Of a DNA stretch of 64,000 nt, positions 34,088 to 47,072 are shown one piece after another; within the stretch, counting starts at the first letter, position 1; each line of letters starts with the position of its first letter. A model generated the notes under the pieces. It saw only the letters and a list, made by a program, of their open reading frames with translations, searched no databases and was not told the origin of the DNA. The position numbers and the translations under genes are program-made. The DNA is from Podarcis tiliguerta (lineage: Eukaryota). The stretch lies in assembly GCA_965153285.1 (NCBI GenBank), contig OZ229116.1; one strand, 5' to 3'.

Positions 34088-34928
34088 TCTTACCATAAAA
34101 CTTCCTTAGTCAGTTAGTATTTTCAACATACTTGCAGCTCATTATTCTGACTTTTTTATCCCAAATTTTGTTAAAGAACTGGGAAAAGTTTTTATAAACT
34201 TTCTCAAGTGAATAATGACACAATCCAAAAAGCAGTAAGTAACCAATCTCTGAGTAAAATAAATTAAACCTATCAATTTAAGATAGGCTACTTTACAAGT
34301 AAGTGGCTGGTGTCTAGAAAAGGGCCAAGTAGTAAGTATGTCATAGTTAGGAAGCGTCCAGATTGTGGCTACTTAAGAGATTCTTGACAGCATTGAGAAA
34401 ACCCCTGTGTGCATGTTCTTTTATGTAAACACTAGCTGGGGCTAGAATAGTATTGGGCTAGAAATTATTGTGTTTTTTTAGCTTTTAACATAGATTTAGT
34501 AAGCATAGAAGAAAAGTTTTTTAACTCATCCAAAAAAGAATAAAAAACACCACCCTGTCCTTACTATCTGTATGTCAATACTTTGTCCCAGTGCAATTGT
34601 ATCTCTATAGTGTAACACTTCTTTAAAAATAACAAAACAAATGATGCAAAATGGCTCTTAATAGCTTTATCTCAAAGACAGTAACGTTTTTGCCAGATAT
34701 CTGAAATATTTCTAATATTATGTGGAGGAAAAACACCCCATATTAAAGTATTATAATATAACATGCTTTTTTGTTAGTTTAAATAAAAAGCATTTTAAAA
34801 TAAATTCAAGGGAAAGTAATACTGCTATACAGTTAAACTGGATACAAGGGTTCCCTTTTATTAACACTGAGACCACTGATGCAGCTTCTCCCCTCGCAGA
34901 AAGCAATGATGTGAACAAATTAGAGATT

Positions 34929-34997
34929 TCAAAGGTTCTCTTGACAAGATTCCTCAACAGCATTTTGGAACAGAGTTTCCTCATCCAGCTGAGGATT
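34929..34997 (-). CDS. RNF138: RNF138 last coding exon (UIM, stop)
   Basis: NPQLDEETLFQNAVEESCQENL*. Confidence 0.93.
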   Translation of the reverse strand, partial: NPQLDEETLFQNAVEESCQENL

Positions 34998-37900
34998 CTA
35001 AATACAAACAACAACAAATATGGTTTAGAATTTTCCCCCAGACCAAGTTATTACACTCTACAGTTCAGCATGTACTCTGCATTAATTACTACAACAAAGA
35101 GCACACAGTGGGAAAATGTATATGAATAGTCCGCTAAATGATATAAGTGATCCTTTAGAAAAGAAGGCTGTAATTCCAGCAATTAACATGCTAGTAACAG
35201 CAAAATAAATTACTAAAAACTGGAACCTCCCCCAAAACATTTCCAGAAATGAATGGTTGCAAAATGTTGATTATGAGTGATGTTATGGCAATGATTCACA
35301 TCTAACCAGGACATTTAAAGGAAAAGCAAGCAATGTTGTTTTGGAACAGTATTTTCACTTGAGATAATGTTAACGAGCAATTATTAGTTATGTTATTTGG
35401 TATTAATTCAGCGGAAATTTAGGGGGTATAAAACAGAATTGGTTTTGATATGTTTTACTCAGAAATAACTCCGGTGAAATAAATGAATTTCTTACTGAAT
35501 TTCTTACTTACTACTTACTGAGAAAAAAATGGATTTCCCTCCCCCCCCCCCTTTCCTATTTTCCAGGACATTTCACCCATTTCCACCCAGACACTGCTTG
35601 CAGCTGCAGTATTCTGGATATGTCCAGGAAATTCTGGACATATGGCAACCCTAGATTATGGAACATTGCAGTTAAAGCAAGATGGGAATGGCTTTTCTGG
35701 ATTTGAGCATGTTTCTTTTTGTTTACATGATCTGTGATATATATTTATATCTTGCTCTTCCAGTGAGGAGCTCAAGGTTGTGTATATTATTCTCCCTTTC
35801 ATCTTTGTAATGGCCCTGTAAGATATAGGTTAAGGTAATATATGCACTTAAGCCTAAATTCTTCCAACAGACTGCGGGGGGGATTGCAGAGGACCCAATC
35901 TAAGTAAAGTGTAACAGGTCCAGGAAATCCTGTTGGCATCCCAGCACCACAGACTGTTCCCCAGCCAGGCAGCAGAAGTAAACAGTTGACATTTGACAGG
36001 GGGAGAAACTAGACCTGCTGAGACATCATCTGTCTTTCACTATCACCACAGCCATGCTGTCAGGCTGCAGACCAGAGGAGAGGAGAGAAGCAGGGCTATC
36101 TATTCTCATCAGGTTTGTTGAGACTGGCTCGTTCTCTCTCAACAGCAGTCATTCCATGAAGCTGCCTGAACAACTTCCAATTTAGCTGGTTGTTATATGA
36201 ACTGTAGCTTTTGAGAAGAGTGACCAAGTCTGCTTTTCCTGTCCTTTCCCATCTTTTTCCTTGTGTGTCCTATCTTTTAAATGGTAAGCTTGAGGGTAGA
36301 GACTAGTGTATGCATGGTTTATTGAGGTATAAACTGACTTTGGAACCTTTATGCCTAAAGCAGGGTAGAAGTGTTTTAAATGCACAAAATCCCCTAAGTG
36401 CTTTTCTAGCCTTTTCTCCAAATCTACCTAGGAAAGAGATTTCACAATTTACCAGGGCAGCTGTAGAACTTGGGTAAAGCAAGGCTTCTAGGTAATTTAA
36501 ATCTGGCAATCTAATATAGAAGGTGCTTTTACCCAAATTAATCCAAGATGAATAGGGCTCTAATTTAGTCTTCCAGCATAGAGATTAAAAAATGTCAACA
36601 TTTTAAACAGGGAGCAAGAACAAAAGAAAAGCTCTTACCATAAAATCTCCATACTCAAACTGATGCCTTAGATTTAAATGGCCAACAAAATCTCTAGTAA
36701 CCCGGTTAGGATCTCCCCATGGAAAAGAGACACAAATAGGACAGATCTTTAAAAGAGAGAGAGAGAATCAAGAGGCAGACAATTGCTTGCATAAATTGCA
36801 TAACTAGATAGTAGATCAACATTAGTTTCTATGAAAATCATACTACAAAGAAATCCTTTAAAATGGACACATTCTTAAAACAAAAGGATACTTCTGGAAG
36901 GAATGCGAATAGAAGAGATTAAACTTAAAAAGTTAATTGCACATACTTTAAATCCTTTAAAGGAAATGACACTGAACATTTATGTTTCTAAAGAAGATAC
37001 TACTTGTCTATTTCTGCCCTCAATCTTAAGAAATCTTTTAACAAAAAAACTTGAAAAATGGGACTTAAGACAAAAAGTTTTTAAAAGAGTGTATTTCTCT
37101 AATATCTCCTATTTAAACAATACTGGGCACTACTTGTAAAACAGGGCACCATGCTGCCCAAGCTGGGCACTCCTTAAGTGCTTAGTACTTCCACTGAACT
37201 CAAATGGACTTAAATGTGTCTAATAGCAATGTATTGTGCAACAGCTTGAGAAAAAATAGAATAAAGGGCAGTCCTTTAAGAAAACATAAAGGTAAAGGGA
37301 CCCCTGACCATTAGGTCCAGTCATGACCGACTCTGGGGTTGTGGCACTCATCTTACTTTATTGGCTGAGGGAGCTGGCGTACAGCTTCCGGGTCATGTGG
37401 CCAGTGTGACTAAGCCGCTTCTGGCGAATCAGAGCAGCGCACGGAAACGCCATTTACCTTTCCGCCGGAGCGGTACCTATTTATCTACTTGGACTTTGAC
37501 GTGCTTTCGAACTGCTAGGTTGGCAGGAGCAGGGACCAAGCAACGGGAGCTCACCCCATCATGGGGATTCGAACTGCCGACCTTCTGATCGGCAAGTCCT
37601 AGGCTCTGTGGTTTTACCCAGTGCTACCTGCGTCCCTGGAAAACATGTTTTGTAATTACAGATCTAAGTACTTAAAAAAAAAAAAAAAAAAAAAGATTGG
37701 AAAAGGGAAAATGTCATTCAGTATAAAACTGAGGGAAATGCTGTAGCTGCTAGATCTATTACGGAAGGGAGTAGAGGGTGTCTCATTCTTTCTGAAGATA
37801 TTGCTATTGTCATAGAATTAATTTCAAAAAAGAGAGCTCTTAATTCACACATACTAGGATAAAATCTTCACAAACTTTCTTTTTTATATACACATACTCA

Positions 37901-40900
37901 CTACTGGAACTAGTTGATAAAGGTGCCTATCATTACAGTGATCCAATAAGTTCTGCCTTGTAAAGTTACTTTCTTGACACAAAGGGCATTTGAATGTAGG
38001 CTGTCCACTGAAAACAAATATGAGAAAGAGGCACACATGGATGAAAATCCCTGCAACAGCATGTTACATTTTCAAGGAACTCTGTCACACACAATCATTT
38101 CCTCATTAATTTCAGCAAAAGGAGGAAATGCATAAAATGAGACCAAAACACATATTGAGGAACAGTGGCCACATTTGTACATAACACTAGACCATGGCTA
38201 AATCCTATGTGTATGAGACACAATGAGTCTTACGCATGAATGATTCCCCTCCTCCCCTGGGCATTCAGGAGGAGGGAGGAAGCACACAGGCTTGAGGCTT
38301 GCTGTAGTGGATTCATGTAGCACTAAGTCAAAATTTAACATATTTGAATGCAGCTGGTATGTATACAGTAAAGAGGGTGTGAGATGTAGAAGGAACAGCT
38401 AGATTAGCAGTGTACATTTGGAGAATTTGCTAGAGGACCTGACCTGAACATGACAAAAGCGTGGTTTTTTATTATCATGTTTTGAGTATCCCTTTTAAAA
38501 ATCAATACACAAGTGTTGTGGAATCGTCTCGTTCATGTTTACACTGCACAGAAATAACACCCACTTAATAATGAGACTCAAATGACCTTTAAATCTGTTC
38601 ATTTGAAGAAGTCTGGATCCTCCCTTTTCTGAAGATCTTAGAAGTTCTGACTTAAAATCACTGAAATACCTCCTAATCTATTACATTGTTCCTTCCAATA
38701 TGAACACGTGTTGTCCAATACAATAAATGTCTACTTGGAAGCAAACATGACTGAAGCAAATTCTATCAGAATCAAAGTAAGTGCAACCATGGTTGAGGCA
38801 TAAATGCCAGCCTAATCCCTGGCATCTCTTCCTTTCTGTTGCCCAAGCGCTTGCTGATTTATTTAAGGTATTTACAGTGGTACTTCAGGTTACATACACT
38901 TCAGGTTACAGACTCCGCTAATCCAGAAATAGTACCTCGGGTTAAGAACTTTGCTTCAGGATGTGAACAGAAATTGTGCTCCGGCGGCGCGGTGGCAGCT
39001 GGAGGCCCCATTAGCTAAAGTGGTGCTTCAGGATAAGTACAGTTTCTGCTTAAGAATGGACCTCCAGAACGAATTAAGTACTTAACCCAAGGTACCACTG
39101 TATATAGTCTGTTCCTAATATCTCAGGGCAGTTTACAGTGCTATTTAAAACAAAAGAATAACAGAATACAGTATATACTAAGCCAATGGAAGAGATGTCA
39201 TGTTTTGTATTTTTCAGTTTAAGGCTTTTTTGGGGGTGTTTTCTTAAGATTACCTAGTCTTTCAACAGGATCTCTTTCATCTATCACCAGCAGCTTTTGC
39301 AGTAAATCATAGGATTACTTTGTACTGCTTCAAATATAAAAAGTTGTTTTCTCTGGAATATCTAAGAAACAAATCAAATTCCATTTTCCTGATTTTACCT
39401 GGCCTAAATATATTATAAGGTATCATGTACCTATTTATACTTCACCTTGACACAAATCTATTTTAATACTTTGAACCCAAAATTTGAATTTTGATAAAAT
39501 CCAAAAGAGTATTTTGAATTCTGACTTGTTTTGGAGTATAACTATAGCGTGATGTGCTTTGTGCTATCTTCACATTAGGGGTTTCCAATGCTCAAAAAGG
39601 CTGAAAACCACTTTTATACAAAATATTCAGGTTACTGATACAGGAATATAATTCTCCATGCCTGACACATATGTGAAAAGACCTGAAGGTAGATAAAGCA
39701 AGCCAAATAGGCCCCAGTCCAAACCCCAGGAGGCAGTCAATGCATGCTTTTTTATTTACTTTGTCACCTGGAAATCAGTAAGGAAGCATCTCCTTATTCA
39801 AAGCTTGGGATTCACATATTAAAGTCCCTGCATGAGTATACATCAGAGCCACTGCTCTATGATATTTGCTTTGAAATTTGTCTTCTACTGTAGATTTCCT
39901 TCATTTGTTGGCACTCCTTCCCACCAATACCTAAAACCACATAGTTATTGAGTTCAAAGGCTGTCCTACCTTGTAGCTTCTTCAGGAACATGTAGATTAG
40001 AATTTTCTCCAACTTCCGAAGTAGAAGAGTCACTTCTAAAACTTCATACAAAGCGTGAGAATTTATTTTCAAATTAAATACAGAAGGGGTTGCAATTCAA
40101 AGCAGTATGATGACTAAATTAATCCCATTGATACTAGTGGGATTTACTTTCAAAAAATGCATGTTTAGAATTGGACTATAGATGTTCTTATCTAAATAAA
40201 CATTTTTTAAAAAAGTTACTTCAGAAACATTGCATAAGGTGTTGGGTGGCCACCATGGATGAAGCTGAGCTTAGCTCCCATTCAAAAGTGCTGCTGCATG
40301 CCCATGGAAGTGCATCTGAGTGGAGGACATTGAGTGGCACTGGGACCACCAAAGCAGCAGAGAAGGATGTAGCTGCTACCTAAAGCAGGAATGAGCCCTG
40401 CCTTTGTTTAAGGAGGGGCACTATCACCATTATGCCAAGGGCCACTGAAGCCTGGTGCCCATACTGCAAACAAAACAAAGGTTTGCAATACACAAAGTAA
40501 TTTTTGTTGATTTAAATAGTGATTTTTGGCATTTCAAAATCAGAACTAAGTTCCAAAGCCTAAAAGATAATTATAACATTGTGTCGGAAGTTCTCATTTG
40601 GATATAACATAATAAAATGTACTTTACTGTCACACTTCAACCACCCTGTGAATAAATTCTAAGCTACATTGTTTAACAACTTCCCCCATGCTAAATCTAA
40701 AGAATGCAATATACAATAGTTTGGGACATTTTTTTAAAAAGCAAGCATTAAAATGTATAAAGCTGCTTGCAAATAGGTATTTACCTGTTTCCTGTTGAAT
40801 CCTGAGATATGTCTAAGCTTGGAATTACAGAAGAAACACCATACTCATCTTGATACTTTTTACACGATTTATAGTGCTGTCTCATACGCGAGAATCTTAT

Positions 40901-43198
40901 CTGTAAATAAAGTTGTGTCTCATTTAGAGTTGAATCTCATTTATGGGCAATCCTATAGTTACCTAAAAAAATTACTCCTGTGACTAGTTGAGGAAAATAA
41001 TGTCAACTAGTTTACAAAACTTTCTTCTAAATTCCATTGATTTTCAATACTGAAAGCTCATTCAACTAAGCATTAACACATATTTTCTTACATGCCTTAT
41101 AAATATTTTTGTTTTACTGAGCTCAACACAGGAGTTAAACAACCAGATCAGGTGACAGATCATAAAACTCTACAGTATTCATGGTTTGAGCTTCCCAAGA
41201 CCTTAAGATTGATAAAAAGTTAATGCACATATGGTTAGCTGCTTCTTTGTATATTTGGGGATTGCTTTAGCTTCAATCAGATAATTCAAAGTGTATACTG
41301 GTTAAGATAGTCTTACAGTCACTGCTCAAGCCATTCTTGTACCTCCACGTCTTCTTCAGTATTATTAACAGTTTTAATTTACTAGAGTGCTCCCAAATCA
41401 CAACAAAAAAAGTGAAGGAATACATTCTATCAGTGCCTAGTTGCAACACTTGTTTGTTATTCAAAGTCAGTCTGCTTTTTCTCAGAATCTTCATAATGTA
41501 AAATGTGGTAGCAGATGATGGTGCACTACCCACCTGTCTGCAATAAATATTATTTCAATGAATCCTATGCATGTTTTCAAAAGGGCTTACTTCTAGATAA
41601 GCATACAGAGTTTCACCTTTAACACTATTTTATATCTACTATACCTGTTTGTCGCAGCATCTACAGCTCCCCACCAATTTCTTCATGTTGTTTTCAACAT
41701 CTAAGGCTCTGTTAGGACGTGCTTTTTCTTTTCGGGTGACAATGCCTCTGCATAGTGGGCAATGTGTTCCACCTTCTTTCATAGCCATTAAGAAACATTT
41801 CCTGCAAAACCTGAACCCAAATATAAAGTTGAGTACAAAAATAATGTTCTGCTTTACCAATTAATAGTCATTCTAATCCCATTATTATTACTACAGCATG
41901 CCACTTTCACCAGTCTGTGATAACGCATATACTCATGATTTAAAGTTGGGGAGAGCAGTGAAGCAGTGAAATTTGCAGATTACGGTATATATTGAGGATG
42001 GTAAAAATCCAAGCAGACTTCCCAAACATATGAAAACTGTGTGAATGGGAGGTGGGGGTGACAAAGGAGATTCAAAGTGATGTACACTGAGACAAAAAAA
42101 ACCTAACTTCAGGGAATCAAAACTGCCAGTTACTCACCAAGAAAGATATTGAGGGGTTATGACAGAGTACAAAATGAAAAATGAACCCAGTGCACACCAG
42201 CTGTGAAAAGGGCAAACTGTACACCAAGGATAATTACAAAATACATTCAAAATTAAACCGCCTTTCAAAAAAACCCACTTTTATATAGATCTGCACTAGA
42301 GCCAGATCTGAAATAGTAAGATACAGATAACTACCAGAGTGATTAGAGCACTTTTCTGATGAGAAAAGTCATCACATTTGGGGCTTTTAATAGTGAAGAA
42401 AAAGGCAAATGAGGGAGGATGGGTAGGAATCACTGTGTAGGTTTATAAAATTATGCTTATGTTGAAAAAGTGAAAGGAAGTTTTCTCCATCTCTCATAAT
42501 ATTAGAACTCAAGGTCATCCAATGAAACTGAATGACAGAAGATTCAATACATTCTTTAAAAAAAAAAATTTAATCACACAGCATGTAATGAACTTATGGA
42601 ATTTGCTTTTATGAGATATTGTGCAGTAAGGCTATTCTTATCTACATCCAAAAACTGGAATTATTTCCATTCTGAGTAGCTTTAAGATTATCTGGGTTAC
42701 AACACCGAAGATGCTTAGTAAAGCTTAGCAAATGTTCGAACTTGTGATGTGCATGGGAACAAACAGAACTCAAAAGGACGCAGTAGATGTATTTTAACAA
42801 GCAAGCACAAACTTCATGGAGGGCTTCTGTGGCGATTTTTCAAGAAAAAGTATCTTATGCAGCATATACAAGAGTAGAAGCACTTACAAAAATTTATGAA
42901 TTGGCACTTGTTTAGCATACGTAAAAGAAGTTGCATCCTCCTCAAAAGTGGGGTTAACAAGAGAACATCCTCCTTAAAAATACAAATGTTTACTGAGATC
43001 AGTTAGATAGGAAGAGTATGAGGGAAGGGAGAAAATATATAATTAACAATGGAGGGGCAAATAAAAATCGGCCAGAGACATAGATACATACACATGCTGA
43101 CAAGCAGAAATCCTCACAGGTGTTTTAAACACATCTTGGCAAACAGGACAGTAATAATCATCTTCATTGAAACAAATAGTGGCAGGTTCCTCATTCAT
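34929..43198 (-). CDS. RNF138: E3 ubiquitin ligase RNF138/NARF (RING-HC, C2HC, two C2H2, UIM), about 223 aa
   Basis: Exons 43092-43198, 41645-41810, 40785-40900, 37902-38007, 36639-36746, 34929-34997 sum to 672 nt in frame. EDDYYCPVCQDVFKTPVR..CQHVFCRKC..CPLCRG; YKSCKKYQDEYGVSS; CPICVSFPWGDP; QLDEETLFQNAVEES. Confidence 0.96.
36639..36746 (-). CDS. RNF138: RNF138 coding exon 5 (C2H2)
   Basis: ICPICVSFPWGDPNRVTRDFVGHLNLRHQFEYGDFM; 108 nt. Confidence 0.94.
37288..37636 (-). mobile_element. Full-length Sauria SINE with 8-bp TSD
   Basis: tRNA-derived head with B-box-like AGTTCGAATCCC; CCTTTACCTTT tail; TSD GAAAACAT at 37280-37287 and 37639-37646. Confidence 0.92.
37902..38007 (-). CDS. RNF138: RNF138 coding exon 4 (C2H2)
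   Basis: GQPTFKCPLCQESNFTRQNLLDHCNDRHLYQLVPV; 106 nt. Confidence 0.94.
38875..39100 (+). mobile_element. Tc1/mariner-pogo MITE
   Basis: TA|CAGTGGTAC...GGTACCACTG|TA; same family as 20256-20467. Confidence 0.88.
40785..40900 (-). CDS. RNF138: RNF138 coding exon 3
   Basis: IRFSRMRQHYKSCKKYQDEYGVSSVIPSLDISQDSTGN; 116 nt. Confidence 0.94.
41645..41810 (-). CDS. RNF138: RNF138 coding exon 2 (RING C-half)
   Basis: FCRKCFLMAMKEGGTHCPLCRG...CRCCDKQ; 166 nt. Confidence 0.95.
42180..42630 (+). mobile_element. CR1 LINE 3' fragment
   Basis: tttataaaattatgc...ctctcataatattagaactcaaggtcatccaatgaa is typical of the CR1 ORF2 end. Confidence 0.7.
43092..43198 (-). CDS. RNF138: RNF138 first canonical coding exon (RING N-half)
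   Basis: GCTGCCATG Kozak; MNEEPATICFNEDDYYCPVC...CQHV; exon acceptor at 43219-43220. Confidence 0.92.
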
Positions 43199-43899
43199 GG
43201 CAGCAAACTGTTGTACTTCTGAAAGAGCAATGGAACAACATATAGAGAACAATTATCACCCTAAGTACTGGGAACAAGAGCATAAGACAGTGTTTATCCT
43301 GTCTTTTGTCTTCACTTAATTATTCACTTCCTTGAGTACAGTATTTGAGAAGGCCATGAAAGCTTGCCCCTTAAGAGCACTGGAGAGTTTGTGGCCCTCC
43401 TGGTTTTGTTGGCCTCAAACTCCCACCTGTTCCAGCCATAATGGCAGATGGTCAAGGTTTGTCTGAGGTTTGATTATAGGAGTGTTTCCTTCTGTATCCT
43501 CTATTCTGTTCAGGTTATTTTCCATCAAAGGCCTTTTTTCACATGGCCCCATAACTCTGCTACACCCTCCTGCAAGATGGCCCCTCTTGCCACGAATAAA
43601 TAAAAAAATACATATCTATTGGCGGCCTAATTCACCTGCCCTTTGGCATTTTAGGCTGCGACCCAACACAAGTCTTACTTGCCCCATATAACGCAGGAGG
43701 GCTTACTTTGGAGTAAAAGGGTATTTATTCACGGCGAGCCTCACGCAAAATATAAATTGTAGGCCATTATTTTGTGGTTTTCTGAATGCACTGAAAGCAA
43801 CGTACCGGTGCTGGTTTTTGTTACCACTTCGGAAACTTTAACGAAGTCGGCATGCAAATAATAACGTGTTTTCATATTTATATTATGTACAATTAAAGG

Positions 43900-44530
43900 A
43901 AATCCCACCGTCGCGATACTGACGGCGCGAGAGGGAGGCGAGGCCTTAAGGGCCCCGAGGAGGAAGAGGAGCAGAGCGAGGCGACTCTTCAAGCCTCAGC
44001 CCCGCGCCGGCTTCTCGGCGTTTATGTCCCCGACAATCGGAATCCCGGCCCCCACCTCGCAAAAATAAAACCACGCCCGCCCTTCGCCTCGAGGTGCGGC
44101 CTAGAGCCCCAGCCACTACCTTTCGGGAGAACGGGAAGGTCGGTCGCAAGCTTCGGGGCCGGGCCGGGATCTTCAGGGCTCCCGGAGGCCAAGCCGGTCA
44201 AACCGCCGCCGTTCTCCATGTAGGTCTTAGGCCGCCGCCGCGGCGGCCTCTTCCCAACAGGCAGGCCGGGGTTGCCATGGCAATAGTCCCCCCCTCCCCT
44301 CCGGCGTGAATTGTTATTGAACAAGAGTCGTCGCCGCCGCCTCCTCCTCCTCCTCCTCTTCCCTCCGCCTGCCTGGCTGCCTGGAGGCGACGCGGAAGCC
44401 GCTTTTTCGACCGCCAGTTTCTTTTAAGCGCTGGCGGGCCTCCTCGCGAAAGGCTTAAAGTGGCACGTTTGTGAGGGGCTCGCCAAGACCTAATGTTTCA
44501 CCACTGCCCTCCTGTCGCGTGAAGGCGCAA
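43900..44530 (-). promoter_or_regulatory. CpG island / RNF138 promoter and first exon
   Basis: High GC and CpG density about 0.7-1.3 kb upstream of the RNF138 ATG; ETS-like CGGAAG near 44393; CCTCGCGAAA near 44442. Confidence 0.85.
44271..44284. promoter_or_regulatory. RFX X-box palindrome
   Basis: GTTGCCATGGCAAT, a 13/14 match to GTTGCCATGGCAAC. Confidence 0.65.
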
Positions 44531-45362
44531 GAACTGGGCTCCCAAAAGACGGCTTGTGGGGAATGGCTATATGCACAGCACAACCCCCTTCAGTTCCGAA
44601 GCTCCCTTGCGGAATGGCATATACGTACCCTGCTCGCTTAACTGACCATAATAAACCCCACTGAACACAGATTTGCTGCCTAGTTTAAAAACACACAGAG
44701 AATGAACTGCACTGTGAAGTCTCTAGTCCTCTGGGTCTGGGGAGAGGAAAAATATCAGGGGAAAAGAGGATTCCGGACTGTGTTCTGAACGCAGACGGAA
44801 ACGTTTAATTCATTAAATGCCTGCACATCTTTTACCCTTCTTTCTGCAAACACTTCTCTTAGGTGTGGCTTGCGGATAGCGATTGAATTTGCTTTCTGTG
44901 TAGGGTAGGCCAGGAGCTGGGCCATTGTGTCTCAAGCATAATTGTGTTTGTATGCTCTTTTTTTTCCTTCGGTGTAAATCGCATTGAGCCGTTTTAACAG
45001 ACACGTGGACAAAGGGGATATAGAGTTTCAAAGGACACCCGATATCGGGTTATTAGCAGCCCTGAGACCATAGTAGGCCCGCCTTATAACAGAGGTGCCA
45101 TGATGAGGCCTTGTCCGGAAGGGCGGAAAAAAACCTTGGGAGGCCCCATTTAGGTGGACTATGCTCCTTCTCTCCTTTTCTAACATGTTGCTTTCTCCCA
45201 TTGTTACCTCAGAAATTTGTGCTTCGGCGGCCAGTCTCTGCCTGGGTGTCAAAATAGGGTTCTTGCTTAGGAGAGCGGAAGAGACACGGTCTTCTGAGAA
45301 GTTAGCCGCACGGTTCCCCAGCAGCTGCAGCAGCTCTCACCGCCCTTCTGCTTCCTGAATTG

Positions 45363-45381
45363 CGACCGCCCTCTAATGGCT
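45363..45381 (-). promoter_or_regulatory. Candidate CTCF site
   Basis: Minus strand GCCATTAGAGGGCGGTCG. Confidence 0.4.
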
Positions 45382-46359
45382 GCTTGCATGATACATGTCA
45401 GCTTGCTAACAGTGTTAGCCGGCATTGTGGGGGAGATGGACCCATCAGGGAATAGATAGATTGCTGATCAAAGCATGTCAGCTGAAACAAGTCTTAGGGT
45501 GTTATCCCGTCAGTGCACAGGAAAGAGAGGCATGCCCAAGACAATAAGTCATGGGGCCAGGATTACACATTGCTCCCTTCACTCACGTACAGCCAGTCTT
45601 AGATCGGGTGTGAAAGGATCCTGAAGCGCCAGCCAGGAACAGAAGACTGTAAATAGGGCAAAGTGTGTGACAAAATGGAAGGATGTGAAAGACTTGTTAA
45701 ATTCGAAAAAAGCAGGATTAAGGCTTCACTCTTATACACACACACATAGTGTATGTCCCACAGTTGGATATATGCCCCTCATTTTAAAACACACATATAA
45801 AAAGTATATCATGACTAGTTTAAGAGTACATATTGGATTCTCATAGTTACTACTGAATTTTTGAAAGTTTTTATCTTTTGCAGTAAGTGCTGTGTTGAAA
45901 CACAGGCAGCAAATTTTTATGAACAAAAATTATTTAAAGTAAAACATTATAAATCACTCATTTAGTGACAATAAAGGATCCCGCCATTTTTATATATTTT
46001 AATATGATTTTCATCAAAATCTTCACACATAATTTACACATACTGCTTATTCTGAAATGACCCATTATCTCTATGATAAATATTTATTTGTATATCTCCG
46101 CCTTTCAAGTTACCTTCCGCTGCTGAAACTTCTTTAATTCAATGCAGGAAGAAATAGAAACACGTTTTATACTTGATACGGGGGGGGGGGGGCATGTCTT
46201 CTTCACCTTCTTCACTACAATATATCCATTTATTTCCAATTGTCAATGTCAAAAGTGACTAAAATCTATAAAATTCATAGAAAATCAACATGCCAATTTG
46301 CTCAATTTCTCTAGGACTCCATGACACCTCCCCTGTCCTCCATAATCCCTCAAGCAAGG

Positions 46360-46803
46360 TGTCAAGACCCTAATCCTGTCAAATCACTCTGCCAAGCCTT
46401 TCCTCTGGGCAATGCCAGGTGGCAGACTATGCATACATGGACCATTGTCTTCTCATCACCGTACTCAGGATGTGCTTATCTGCGTATATCTCCAGCTCTG
46501 CATATTCCCCCCTCCCTCCTCCATATGTTAATCCTGTGTAACCCAACCTCCTCTTAATGTATTCATGATGTAACTGGGATGTATTTTGCACTGTATTCTG
46601 GGACATGGAGGGGGAGTTTCAAAAGTTCATTTCACCCCTTTCTCACGGTTCAATCTCGCCTTGAACCTGTTGCGCAATAAACTTGGATCTTCTGCAGTTT
46701 GCTCCTGTCTCCGGCTGAGCTCATTTTCCTCCGCAGGGACCCGCGGACTTAGTCCGACGAGCTGGGTGGCAGAGCAGCCTCGCACCCAGATTTTACTGTA
46801 ACA
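46360..46803 (+). mobile_element. Possible solo LTR
   Basis: TGT...ACA ends, internal AATAAA at about 46676, retained CpGs; no convincing TSD found. Confidence 0.35.
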
Positions 46804-47072
46804 TACTCGACCTGAACAAATTCCCACTGATTTAAATAGAATATATTTCTATACTTCCATAGGCCCTCAGCTTAATGCCTTGATCTTGAGCTACAGAATT
46901 GGTGAGTGACCCACATGATTGAGCAGTTGGGTTCTGCTTGCCCTGGGACCCAGTATAATGGTCACTGGTGTTGCTGGGTCAGCAACACTTTCTCCCAAAG
47001 CTCATACATTGCACTACTGTTCATATAGTATGGCTTTTACTTCAGTGTTACATTCAGTATTAAATTTGCAGT

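Noticed and set aside
34722-35129. 135-aa plus-strand ORF antisense to the RNF138 last exon
   Set aside because: Non-ATG start, AT-rich, no domain; shadow ORF.
37540-37636. tRNA-like sequence with a B-box
   Set aside because: It is the tRNA-derived head of a Sauria SINE, not a tRNA gene.
41273-41533. ORF starting MGSAPSS that resembles the myristoylated RNF125 N-terminus
   Set aside because: Starts at GTG inside an RNF138 intron and has no RING homology downstream; probably coincidence.
43086-43091. Possible U12-type introns at the RING HV|F junctions of RNF138 and RNF125
   Set aside because: Donors are gtatgt and gtaagt, not GTATCCT; ordinary U2 introns.
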